Under the pieces are notes generated by a model. That model was given only the letters and a program-made list of their open reading frames with translations. It was not told the origin of the DNA and made no database searches. A program made the translations under genes and the position numbers. Positions 51,850 through 64,000 of a stretch of DNA of 64,000 nucleotides are shown here, in pieces. This DNA is from Eledone cirrhosa (taxonomy: Eukaryota): the NCBI GenBank assembly GCA_964016885.1, contig OZ024743.1, positions 85,436,001 to 85,500,000 of the forward strand. Direction: 5' to 3'. The first letter of the stretch is position 1; each line of letters starts with the position of its first letter.

Positions 51850-52126
51850 CCAACCCACACTGTAAAGTGGTTGTGTAGGTGTCACAACAAAAAGTGCCCA
51901 GCCCACACTACAAAGTGGTTGTGTAGGTATCACAAGAAAAAGTACTCAGTACTCACTGTAAATGTGGTTGCCAGGGCACCCAGCTGTAGAAACCAAGCCC
52001 CAATCAGTTCTGTATGAGCAAGACATGGGCATCTGACCTGACTCGTCTCGTAACAGGGCAATTCAGCTAAGTGATGCTAGTGTGGAAAATGGACATTAAA
52101 CATTGATGATGATGATGATGATGATA
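51850..52126 (+). mobile_element. Decayed SINE 3' half with an internal ~48-bp duplication and (GAT)n tail
   Basis: CCCACACT..AAAGTGGTTGTGTAGGT occurs twice, then GGGCACCCAGCTGTAGAAACC and GGAAAATGGACATTAAAC(GAT)n. Confidence 0.7.
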
Positions 52127-53689
52127 TATAACATTGATAGGTTTTGGCCAGTATTGGCCCAGGCCATGTCTAACTTAATAGCACCAGCTGGTGATATATA
52201 TATAAACTAAATATAAAAAGGTGGGTGAAGACAATGGAAAAACCGATGAAACATAGAACCATCCCATCTTATCATTTGACCAATGTAAGTCCATTGTTTC
52301 TGTGCTTTAAGATCAACTTTAAAGCACCAAAATAATGGACCTCCAGCAGTCAACTGATGAGGAGGTAATGTTCTGTGCTTTGTTTGTTTTTTCTGCTGTC
52401 TTCGCCCACCTATATTTATTCATTTTGTATGATTGTAGGCACACCAGACACTTTTTCAAATTTAAATCTAAATTTATACATATGTTCAGTACATATAAAC
52501 AAGACCATATTATCCATAAGTCTGACAAGTCTAGGGGCCAGGGACTAAAGACCCTGCCCCGCTTTTTTTTTTGCTGTAGGGCAGTGAAAGATTGAAGTGC
52601 CAGAGACTGGCTTGATATACCTGATATTCTAAACCACACCACCACCACACCTCAATTCACGGATTAATAACTATAACCCATCATATAACAAAGGCAAATG
52701 CCTCCACACATCACTGAACATATTTAAATGGGAGCCTATAGCCTATATGAATTGATTCAGATAATTCATACAAAGGAAGTATGTTTGAAACCTAGTTTAA
52801 CTTGTCTGTACAACTTCAGAGGCAACACCCTTTCAATTCTATCCACTGAGAGAATGAAAAAAAAATCAGGCCAATCCCTGGGCGTTGGTGTTCGTGGGGG
52901 GGGGGGGGGGGGGGGGGGGGGTTAAATGTTGGTCAGGTCAAGGTTGGAGTTCAGAACATTCTGGGTGGGCACCCTCATTCATTATAATTTTATGGCAGAG
53001 TTTCCGAATTTGCATATCACCATAATTCTAAAGGTGTACCATTAAAATGTAGCCTGGGGGAGTGGGTGCAGTCTTCACCACCCCACCCCCATCTGATAGC
53101 AACGGAGATGGGCTGTGCTTTGTAGTTCTCCACCCCACCCTCCCCCAACCCCAATAACGACAAAGGTTTTACATGTCGAAAGAGCATAACAACCTTTCAT
53201 AGGCTGAATTCCTACTGTTACCATTGATCACTACATATACATACATGATGATTGCATCATCTTGTCAGACGATAACCGGCTCAACATGTCTTCAATCATT
53301 TCTGCAAGACTACAACCTTTCATGTGCTTGGAGGTGAAATGACATTTCAATCCAGCAACAAAAGACAAGATCAAGACGACTCCACCCTGAGACACTGACA
53401 AAACTCCAACATAGGACACATCAGCACAGGAGACAGAAGAATTGTGATTCTTTCCGCCTATACTACATTTCCCAAGGTGATGAAACTCGTGGTGGTATTT
53501 CATTGGCACAAATTCGCTTGAACACTGAATAGCAAGGAGCTGAATGTCTATATTGTGCCAAGAATACATACACACACACACATATATATATATACAAACA
53601 CACCTATATACATACACACATACATATATACGTACATATGTACATATATACATACATACTTACACACTTACATATATACATATACACAT

Positions 53690-54295
53690 GGTGGCTGCCA
53701 GCTCATTTTCGAGTACGGCCACTACTTTATATCCATGTAGGAGAACCCCTACCGATGCGCTGAACGAGTGTCACTTTTTAGTCCAGCCAGCGACTTGAAA
53801 ACTCTGATACAAACACTACACTTGTGACAATTATTGACACATAGTGCTGGGCCCATGGTACCATGTGACGGCAAGTGCAGAGAGATCTCCAGATATAAAG
53901 CAATGGCTGTGCCGTGAAGCTTTTATAGTGAGCAAAGGCACTGCACAAAGCCAGTCCACTCTCTTAACCAAGATGATATTTACCAAAAAGAAGAATAAGT
54001 CAACATCATTGGATACCATCAGAGTTGCAGGTGTTATATCAGAGTTTTCCTTCTCCTAGAATTCTGCCTTGACAAAGGCTAAGGGGTCATCTCTCCCGGT
54101 GATTTTGGATGGCCATTGACTCTTAAGAGCTCCTTTGCCCTTTGACAGGTTTTTATTTTTAGTCCTGCAGGATGTCCAAAGTCACCCTCCTCACCAAGAA
54201 ACCTTGGTGGGGTTGCCAGTTTAGTCGCCAACGACCCGACCATGAGATAGGTTGTACTGGGATACATGTTACCAGTAGCACCAACTGGTGACCTG
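53690..54295 (-). mobile_element. Probable RTE LINE 5'-UTR fragment
   Basis: Contains the reverse complement of the AAGGCA....TCTAGGAGAAGGAAAACTCTGA motif (54047-54070), also seen at the head of the RTE at ~59900. Confidence 0.55.
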
Positions 54296-54378
54296 ACATA
54301 CACACATACATACATACATACACACCTACATATATACATACATATACACCTGCATATATACACATATATACACTATAT

Positions 54379-54719
54379 GGAGGCACATGGCTTAGTGGTT
54401 AGAACATTGGCCTTGCAATCGAAAGGTTGTGAGTTCAATTCTCAGACCGGGTGATGTGTTGTTTCCTTGAGCAAGACACTTTATTTCACATTGCTCCAGT
54501 TTACTCAGCTGTAGAAATGAGATGATAGGGACTGGGGTCCCTATCATTCCACTGCAAAGTGGTCGTGGAGGTGCCACGGCAAAAAAGCACCCAGCACTCA
54601 CTGTAAATGAGGTTGGTGTTAGGAAGGGCATCCAGCTGTAGAAATCAAGCCGGAATCAGTTCCCGTCCCACCCTTGCAAGCAGGGAAAAGCGGACGTTAA
54701 ATGATGATGATGATGATGA

Positions 54720-54723
<4 letters not shown>
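54379..54723 (+). mobile_element. Second tRNA-derived SINE family (CORE/V-like middle, Meta-like segment, RTE-derived (GAT)n tail)
   Basis: A-box TGGCTTAGTGG (54388-54398), B-box GAGTTCAATTC (54431-54441), CCTTGAGCAAGACACTT, TTAGGAAGGGCATCCAGCTGTAGAAA and GGAAAAGCGGACGTTAAA(TGA)n. Domain names are from recall. Confidence 0.8.
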
Positions 54724-54754
<31 letters not shown>

Positions 54755-54887
54755 ATAAAGAGAGACGAACACAAATATATACATACATGCATTCAAATCA
54801 CAAGGGACAATATATATATATATATTATATATTATATATATTATGGAATACTGTTAGCTTCTCACTACAACAATTTCTATACTTTTC

Positions 54888-54923
<36 letters not shown>

Positions 54924-55144
54924 CTACACATATACACACTCACACATGCAGACAGTCAGAGAATTATGACAAGACAAATATTTCTTTGAAATCTTTAAAC
55001 AAAACCAACAAAAAACTTTCTCTGTAGGTTTTGTGTTCATAATGAGGTTACATTCCTCCGCGATCGTCGCCATATTAAGGAGTGGGCAAAGGTTAGCTGA
55101 GTTTATTATCCATGACATATAGCTTGGTTGATACACTCCCATAT

Positions 55145-55340
55145 ACCACCAACACCACCACCACCACCACTACTACTACTACTACTATCACTACTACTAC
55201 CACCACCACCACTACTACTACTATCACCACCACTATTACTACTACCTCCACAACTACTACTACCACCACCACCACTACTAGTACTACTACTACCACCACC
55301 ACCACCACCATCACCACAACTACTACTACTACTACTACTA
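55145..55340. repeat. (ACC/ACT)n microsatellite
   Basis: Seen directly. Confidence 0.95.
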
Positions 55341-55439
55341 AATGGATGAAAAATAATTATGAAAATAATTATGAGGGGATGGGTTTTATTTATTTATTTC
55401 ACTGGGGACTCAGTTTCCTACCTCCACCATGTTGACCTC

Positions 55440-56640
55440 TGTCTTCTTTCTTCTTCGCCCAGTTATTCCTGAGAAGGTCGAGGGTCGTGGGAGGAGAGTC
55501 CTCAAACACTCCTTCCAGTGGGTCCTGTCAGAAGCAACCATCTCCAACTGAAACGGCTGGATCCACAAGCGTGACCAGCCAAGCTCATGGATGTTATCCA
55601 ACCATCTTGCTGGGGGGGGGGGGGGTCTAACCCTGGGTCTCTTGCCAGTTGGTTTTGCCTGTAAAATCTGTCCAGTGATTCTTTCCTGAGACATTCTCAC
55701 ATCATGCCCATAGTATCGGAGTTGTAGTGGCTCTACCTGGAGTGACTCTGATCTCTGAGTTACACATCTTATCAAGTAATGTTACTCCAAAGACGCTTCG
55801 GAGGAACCCCATTTTGGCCGCTTGTATTCACAATCGTATTCTTTCGGTCATTACCCAAGATTCATGACCATAGCTAAGGATTGGCATGAAAACTGAATTG
55901 AATATAGCGAATTTGGCTTTTATGCCTACTTCCCTTCTTCTGATTACCGAATGCTGGAGCTGGTACATTATTGCACCAGATTTTGCAATTTTTGCAGACT
56001 CCTGCCTTTCATCACTCGTGAACACGGCCCCAAGATACTTGAACTTCTCTACTTGCTTCAGTGGAACTCCATTCACATTTTCAGTGCATTGTGCAGGCTT
56101 CCTTGAGAGGAAGAGTCTCTCACTTTTCACAGCACTGATTTTCATTCCAGCCATGCACCACTCAGCATCAAACCTATCAAGTACAAGTTGAAGATGATCT
56201 TCAGTCGAGTTAAGTAACACCATGTCATCTGCAAATTCTAGTCGACTGATTTTACACCTACCAGTCATGATACCACTTCCAACCCTGCTGTGCATGTGAA
56301 TCCTGTTCATGAAAATAATGAACAGGGGAGTGACAGTATGCATCCTTGGAGGAGTCCAACTCCCACATTGAATGAAAATAAATACTCTGGCATTCATATA
56401 GAGGCATCAGGGCAGCAAGATGCTGATTATCAATCCCGTACTCCTACACAGCCTTCTCCAGGTCGACAAAATGAGGATATACTTCTTGGCAACACTCCCA
56501 CGATTTCTTGAATACCTGCCACAGTGTGAATATCGGTCAGCTGTACTTTGTCCAACACGAAAACCACACTGTTCATCAGTTAGCTTGGACTCAACAATCT
56601 CCCTGCATCTATTTGCCAGACATTTAGCATAGACTTTACT
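55440..56640 (-). mobile_element. 5'-truncated RTE LINE of the same family as 41498-43960
   Basis: KVYAKCL..EQCGFR..FVDLEKA, LEFADDMVLL, KQVEKFKYLG, LSYGHESW, GKRPRVRP..RWLDNIHELG; clear nucleotide similarity to 41560-42290. Confidence 0.92.
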
Positions 56641-56674
56641 GGCTCTGTAGATTGTTAAAATAAATACATAAATA

Positions 56675-56830
56675 AAATAATTCTTTGTAACATTGGCACC
56701 AGGCCAAGTAGATTATATTCACCCCAGTACTTAACTGGTACTTTATTTTATTGACTCTGGTATGATGAATGGCAAAGTTGACCTCAGTGGGATTTGAACT
56801 CAGAATGTAAAAAGCCAGAACAGATACTGC
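56675..56830 (-). mobile_element. Diverged SINE fragment
   Basis: CTGGTACTTTATTTTATTGAC..GGCAAAGTTGACCTCAGTGGGATTTGAACTCAG. Confidence 0.75.
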
Positions 56831-58680
56831 TAAACATGTCCAATGTTCTAGTAAATCCACTATCCTCAAAACACTCTAATAATATGTTGAGGATGGATGA
56901 AAGTGACAGGGTGAGAGGAATAAAGCCAGTGATGAATGTTAAGAGAAATGGAATGAGGAAGGAGAAAACCAAGAAAGATATGGCTAAAAATAATGGAAGA
57001 GGAAATGAAACCTGGGGGTTGGTGAAGGGGAGAAGCTTGCCATGGAGCCTGCAAAGCTAACACCTTCTTTAGCAGGGAAGAGTGGCTTAAAACATTTGTT
57101 GTTGTTTAACAGTAGGATAGAGGAAAAGTACTCGCCACACACACACACACAAAATGGAGGAGAAACTAGACTTGAGGCACTCCACACATAAGCATGGATT
57201 ACCCTGACACACCCAAAGCAATACCTACTCCCAGTTCTTGTAATATCATAGTGAATTCATGCTAATTAAATCTTTTGATATCAAACCACCTGAAACTGTC
57301 CTTGGTTCTATTTTACAAATCTGTCTATTTTAAAGTGTCTATATGTATGTAAAAAAAAAACTTTCATCATAATATTATGTAAGAACCATTGTTAAGTTAT
57401 GTTCCAAACACCAGATAAATAATGAGTAATTTAATTATATTACTAAACCTCTCTAAATACTTGATTATTTTCAACTCGTAGAAATGTGATAATAAAAGGG
57501 TCAAACAAAACCTAAATTTAATTAGCCAAGAATACATAATATATCTTTTCATAGATAATAATTAACAAGACTTTATCTGTTGGAGAATACAATATTAGAA
57601 GCAAAACAAAACAAGAAGCTATTATTTAATACTAGTTATAATAGGTTGTTTTCTGTGGAATTATGCATGACAGAGTGTATGTCTTCTAAAATCATTGCGC
57701 AAACGATTTGTTAGACACAGTCAGCATCTACTCACTCAAGAGTTAAACAGCATATTCTTTAAACTGTTGTTTGTAATGCCTAAGATAAAAAGCATCAATT
57801 GGACATGGAACAAAGAAGTCACAAATGTCTGCCATTGCTAACAGTCAGTTCATAGATTGCTATGATTGTAGATTGGACTACAAAAAGACTGGCTCACTCC
57901 ATGGACATTAATGTAAAGTTAGGAAAAAGTCGTTAGAATTTCAGAAAAAATGCTTTGAGGCAGCCAATTTCATTATGGTCAAAATTACCTTTCATCCTTT
58001 CAAGGTCAATAAAAAAAGGACCAGTCCAGTACTGGGGTCAATTCTGAGTAGTAACAAATTTTTATTTGCAATTCCTTACTCAATGATCATCGCCCATATG
58101 CATCACATCCATACTAGTGCAGTCTTCTCTTCTGCACTACATCAGATTCCCCTTATACCTAGCTTTTCTCTTAGTTTATTTATGCTTTGTCATTTCCGCT
58201 ACTGTAACCTGTGCACATTACATGTCTAGAGAAATGCAGCTGTCTCTTTTGTATACTAATTGCTGTCTTTATCTTTTCATTACCACATTTCTAATAAAAT
58301 GCTTTACCTATGTGTAATTTTGAAAATCATCAAAAATTTAGTGGAATTTAATAATAAAATGATGGTGAAAGCATTGCCATGAAGAACAGCCAACATTATC
58401 TGCTGTATCAACCATTTCACCTCACAAGACTTCTTTCTCAAGCTTGATGATGCCCTCTTTGTGATATGATGGAGAAAATGGCTGCCTGGGAACCTCCAAG
58501 GTTACCAGATGTCTCAATGGTGACCAGTACAAGAAAAAAAAAAAAAAAAAAAAAAAACAATGAGCCAATGGCTGGTATTTAGTCATCTTAACCCTTTTTA
58601 TTATCATATTTCTAATGAAATAAACTGCTGATGTTTGTAAATTAATTTTGAAAATAATCACTTTCACAAACACTAACCCA

Positions 58681-58799
58681 CAGTCCTATGCGAGCAAGAC
58701 AATCACTCTTGCCTCAAGTGGGACTACCCCCGTCCAAACCCATGCAAGCATGGAACACGGACGTTAAACGTTGATGATGATGATGATGATGATGATGAT
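58681..58799 (+). mobile_element. SINE 3'-tail fragment; near-identical inverted copy at 60525-60632
   Basis: CAGTCCTATGCGAGCAAGACAATCACTCTTGCCTCAAGTGGG..CATGGAACACGGACGTTAAACGTT(GAT)n. Confidence 0.8.
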
Positions 58800-58923
58800 A
58801 CAAATCTCTAAAATCATATTTATAAATCTATTTCTGCTTTTAAAGACAGTTGCTTCTGATAAGAGATTCTGGAAGGCTTGTGTGAAGACTCTGTCCCTAC
58901 GACACTCACAGGAATAAGTGGGT

Positions 58924-58978
58924 GAAGAAGAAGAAGAAGAAGAAGAAGAAGAAGAAGAAGAAGAAGAAGAAGAAGAAG
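58924..58978. repeat. (GAA)n microsatellite
   Basis: Seen directly. Confidence 0.95.
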
Positions 58979-60351
58979 GGGGTATTTAATTGTCATATTT
59001 TATTGTCAAAGTTCTTTTGTCACACATATTGTGACCATCCCAATAACTATTCTTGTTTCTCTAATTTTGATTTTGTTTTATTAACTCTCTTTCTGTGCAT
59101 GTGTTTTTATTGACAGCATGATTCACCCAAAATATAAAAACATGTTACACAAAAATCATTTCACATCAGCAATCTTATAAAACAAATCCACTAGCATGGA
59201 AAATTGATGTTAAATGATGATGATGATGATGACATATGTATATCATCACCATAATCTTTAACCTGAGACTTTCCATGCTAGTATGGGTTGATCGGTTGTA
59301 TATGTATGTATGTATATGTGTATGTATGTATATGTATGTATATGTGTGTGTATGTACATATGTATGTGTGTGTGTATGCATGTATATGGGTATGTATGAA
59401 TGTATGTATGTATACTCGTAAGAGTCAACGATCATCCAATAGTGTGTATATATGATTTTTTAACCTTTCAACTTGTTTAACTTCTAACATTTTATAAAAA
59501 TTTCATCTTATTTTGTTTTGTATTTCTTAATTTTATATAGTGTTCGCTTTTTATGCGAACTTGAAATACGCGAATTCGCTTTAACACCTCTTAAAAAATA
59601 TCATTAAATATTCACTTTATGCAAATAATGTGCTATAACGCATGTGGTTTTTAATTTTTTTATTTATCAGAAATTTAGACTTGAATTATGCAAATTTGCT
59701 TTACGCACTGCATTAGTGAATGCATCTTCACTTAAAAGGCAAACAGACTGTATATTGTATATTATTATTTTAATTTTATTATGTATCATTATTTTATAAC
59801 TCTGATATAATACCAGGTCTCTGATTGCTGAGAGTTCTCTTACCAGGATCATACTTTTAGTAATCTGTAACTCATAGGGTAGACTGGTCTCTACAGCTTG
59901 GTTAAGGCAACTAGTCTAGGAGACGGTAAACTCTGAAATAAAAACCTGAGGCCCTTGAAGTTCTTGATCTTTTCATTCCATATGTCACACCAATGAAATC
60001 TTCTAAGAAGAGAGGTAGTTCTGTGCAAGCTATGTCTACTCAAAATATGTTCAGCTGCACAAGTACTTCTTGTACTCAACAAGTTCAGTTAACATCAACT
60101 GTATGGTTGGCAGTAATCTTAAAATACACTTTAAACTCATTGGAAATGTCTCAAACATAATCAGTATATGGCAATAAGGGCTTGGGAATGACTCGTGAAC
60201 AGGTCTGGCTCTGCAGGTGCTCCAATGTGGCACAATCAGGGCCCAGTTGTAATTCTGCTAGTGTTCAATCGACAACACAAAAAGGTTAAACACTCTATGA
60301 AACTTGCTTGCTGGAATGTACATACTCTAGTTGGCAATTTTATTCTAAGAC

Positions 60352-61589
60352 CAGCAGCACACGGGAATGTCTCTATGCAGATGATCTGATCCTTACTGCT
60401 GAATCCATTAAAAATTGAGAAAATAAGTTCCAACTATGGGAACAGAATTTAAAATCAAAATTGCTAGTGAATAGGAGAAAAGATAGGACCCTGATTCCTT
60501 CAGGAAAGTGGCTCTGCTCAATATCATCATCATCATCATCAACGTTTAACGTCCGTGTTCCACACTTGCATGGGTTTGGACGGGGGTTTTCCCACTTGAG
60601 GCAAGAGTGATTGTCTTGCTCGCATAGGACTGTCTGGCGGGTTTTCTACAGCTGGATGCCCTTCCTAACACCAACCACATTTACAGTGTGGGGCTGGGAG
60701 GTTTTTACCGTGTTGCCTACACGGCCACATTACAGCATGGACTGTCTGGCGGGTTTTCTACAGCTGGATGCCCTTCCAATATGTAGAAAGGAAGTAGGCA
60801 TAAATTCCATACGAAGTACTTGATGTAAATCTTGGGTACACAAAAAATGTAGTGGGATAACGGGTAGACTAACAGGAAGAGAAGACTTTGTTTGTAGAAA
60901 ATGCACAAAGGTAACCGAGAGGAAGAGCATCAGTGTTATAAATCTATTCCAGTTACAGGAAGGACCCATAGAGTGGTTGATATCTTCTGCTAATTAGCAA
61001 TAGAGAAGTGTGCTCTGAGAGCATAATAGCTAGAATAAGGGTAATAAAGGTAGGATGTTAAAAGGTTCAGAGAGCTACTCCCACTGTCAACTACAAAAGT
61101 TTCTCCCTACATACAAAAGGATGACTGTATGATGCTTGTGTGCAACATGTGATGCTGCATGGTAGTGAAATATGGGCTGTGACTGCAGAGGACATGTGTA
61201 GACTGGAGAGAAATGAAGCAACCATGCTCTGTTGGATGTGTAATATATGTGTGAGAGAAAGGTAGAGCTTGGATGAGTTGTGGGAGAAGCTGTGTTTAAG
61301 AGAAATCGGAGGTAGTGTGTAGGAGTGAAGACTGCACTGGTTTGGACATGTGATGCACATGGACAATGATTATTGGGTGAAGAAATGCCAGGAAATACCA
61401 GTGGAAGGAAATCGCAATAGAGGTAAGCCAAGAAAGACTTGGACAGAAGTAGTGAGAGCTGATCACAAATCACTGAGACTCACAGAAGTGATGACAAAGG
61501 ATCGCAACTTGTGGAGAGATGCCATGTTGAGAAAGACCTGTCCAACCCATGCAAACATGGAAAAGTGGACATAAAAATGATGATGATGG
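60352..61589 (+). mobile_element. Nested 5'-truncated RTE of a different family with a PHD-like finger inside the RT
   Basis: LYADDLILTAES at 60371, Cys/His motif at 60509-60904, MLHGSEIW, RLHWFGHVMHM..RGKPRKTW and a (GAT)n tail at ~61580. Confidence 0.88.
60525..60776 (-). mobile_element. SINE 3' half inserted in the nested RTE
   Basis: TSD CAATAT (60519-60524, 60777-60782); (CAT)n tail; GGAAGGGCATCCAGCTGTAGAAAA segment present twice. Confidence 0.85.
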
Positions 61590-64000
61590 CTAGAGAGATG
61601 AACTAATTGTTCAAGAGTTGAAAAGATATTCATCAGATATAGTAGAACTCTCTGAAACATGCCTACATGGGGATGGTCAGCTCAATGAAAGTGGATTTGG
61701 TTACACTTTCTTTTGAAAAGGTGTAGTAGAGGATTAAAGAAGAAAATCGGGAGCTGGCCAAGGTGTTAGAAATTCTCTCATTTCATCTTTTGATAACTAT
61801 CTCAGTGGTTCTTGAGAATGTATTATGTTGTAGCGTCTGCATCTGAAAAAAATTGAGATATCTTACAATAATTAGTATTTCCACTCTCACAATGTCACAC
61901 ACTGAAGCATCTTTTGAACAATTCTACAATGAACTTGGAGAATTGGTGTGAAATGTGTCAGTTGCTGATAAGTTAGTAATTATAGGGTGACTTCAACTAA
62001 ACGTTTGGATCTGATTTGATGACATGGCCAGCCTTGAGTAAACATGGTGTAGGAAAATGCAACCAAAATGGTGATTCACTCCTTACTTTTTGCACTGAAC
62101 ATCAGCTTGTGATAGCAAGTCCTTTCTTTCAACAAAAAAATAAATATAAAACAACCTGGATGCATTCAAGGTCTAAGCAATGGCATCTTATTGACTGTTT
62201 TGGTATGCAAATCAGATTTGAAAGATGTCCACAGTATCTGAACTATGAGAGGAGCAGATTGCTGGACAGGCCATAGGCTAGTGAGAGGGAAGTGTAATTT
62301 TTCAATCCATTCCAAAATTAGAAAGGAAGGCTTTAGCGTATCAAATGGAACATAGTGAACTTTAATTCCCCAACTTTATTGCAAAATTTTCATGATGCAA
62401 TAAGAGGTGTCTCACTTGAACAAGAAAATCCATGGCAGAATTTCAAATTAAAAATCTATAATGCAGCATCTTCTATTTTGGGCTACACATCTAAGAGAAT
62501 AGCAGATTGGTTTATTGACAATGACTTGGAAATTAATAATCTTCTTAAGGAAAAGCAACAACTAAGCAAAGCAAATTCTAACCAAGACATGAGATATAAA
62601 TCAATTGAATTAAAAATTCAATATAGTCTCTGAAAAATGAAAGATAAGTAGTGGCACTTCAAGGAAAAGATGCAGAAGCTGGTATAGACCGTGAAGATAC
62701 AAAAGCCTTCTTCTCTTATGTAAAAGAGTTTTAGGTCTTAGATCAATGTTTATAGTCCCAGTGAGATCTGTTGATGGCCAACATCTCTTTACTGTAATTA
62801 CAGCCATACAAAAGTGACGGGTACAGCACTATTCTGATCTTCTCGATGGATGAACAAATGTAAATATGAGAATAATTGAGGAAATGTTTGACCTACCTGT
62901 TGACAAAAAATATCTGTTGAGCCAATACAAGTTTATATTACAGCAACTGTAAAATAGCTGAATAACAATAAAGCCCCAGGTATTGATGGTATTAGTTCAG
63001 AAATGTTGATGTCTGGTGGGGAAAGGATGACTGAATTACTTTACTCCTTACTTGTATTGGAGAAAAGAGGAGGTGCTTCAAAACTGGGTTGATGCTATTC
63101 TCATTTCCTTACATAAATCTGGTCCCAATGACTTATGTGGAATATCTTAACTGTCAGTTATTGGAAAGGTGCTCTCTCATGTTCTCTTAGAGTGCCTTGA
63201 TAAATTTATTGTCTTGGGGGCAGTTTTAGAGTCAGAGTGTGACTTTCTCACCTCTCAAGGGACAGTTGGCATGATCTTTACTATCTGGTAGCTACAAAAG
63301 AAATGCAACGAATAAAAAATGGGCTTATACTATTGTTCTGTGGATCTTAGCAAAGCTTTTGACACATAAATGTTATATGGCTAGTGCTGAAGAAATTTGG
63401 CTGCCCTGAACAGTTTGTGAACATAACCAAAGCTCTCCATAAGGATATGAAGGTCCAGGTTTGGAACCCTATCGGAACCATTTCTTGTTGGAAATGGAGT
63501 TAAGCCAAGATGAACTCAAGGCACCAACACTTTTCTCCATATATTTTGCCATTGTGCTATCAAATACATTTCCAATTTCAACAAATGGCATCTATATATG
63601 ATACCACACTTTAGGTAATGTGTTTAATCTGACAAGAATGAGCTTCAAATCCAAAGTCTTTTCTTCTCTGATACATGATATTTTATATGCAGATGACTGT
63701 GACCTGATAAGTCACACTGAGCAAGGCGTACGGAACTTAATTAGTGCATTTGATTCTTCATGAAACATCTTACAATAAATTTGAAAAAAACTGTTGTAAT
63801 ACATCAACCTGCCCCCGGAGAACAAAGTGATGCACCTCAGATACTGGTTAAGAGTACAGTGCTTAAAGTTGTAAATTTCTTTGAATACCTGAGGAGCCTG
63901 GTATATGTTGATGGAAAATCACTTCTCACATTCAAAGGGCAGCAAAAGCTTTTGGCAGCCTAGAACCTAAATTCTGGTCAAAGTGCCATATCAAGGGTGA

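Larger units (their letters stand above)
59880..64000 (+). mobile_element. Degenerate RTE (BovB-like) LINE split by a nested insertion; runs off the window
   Basis: 5'-UTR motif at ~59900. MKLACWNVHTL at 60297, resuming at ~61590 with QELKRYSSDIVELSET..GYTFF, GDFN, HGVGKCNQNG..TTWMHSRSKQWHLID, KAPGIDG, YADDCDL, LTINLKKT. Confidence 0.92.

Noticed and set aside
52896-52921. Poly-G run (26 nt) as a functional G-quadruplex element
   Set aside because: Isolated homopolymer of uncertain length with no supporting context.
59535-59715. Possible decayed Tc1/pogo-type MITE (repeated TTATGCGAA / TACGCGAA motifs)
   Set aside because: No convincing TIR pair or TSD could be defined.

Overview
Eukaryotic, repeat-dominated DNA. 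The SINE/LINE families look like those of an octopus or other coleoid cephalopod; this is an inference from recalled motifs. Bases 1-~37,950 are one uninterrupted-strand tandem array of about 1,000 copies of a 38-bp G/T-rich monomer (GTTGGTAGTTGTGGTGTTGTATGTACTGTAGTGTCTAT). The array is layered: an older left domain carrying two identical 314-bp solo LTRs 8,083 bp apart, a central ~21-kb domain of eight near-identical higher-order repeats (basic unit 76 monomers), and a right edge with 3- and 4-mer periodicities. About 1.5 kb to its right, on the minus strand, is a 294-bp first coding exon whose peptide matches the N-terminus of the HECT E3 ligase HECTD3. Its splice donor points into the array and no second exon is visible, so the array appears to lie inside intron 1. 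The rest (40-64 kb) holds tRNA-derived SINEs, degenerate RTE, Tx1/L1 and CRE-like LINE fragments (one RTE carries a PHD-like finger inside its RT), three MITEs, and mini/microsatellites. Almost all ORF-track entries are spurious or transposon relics.
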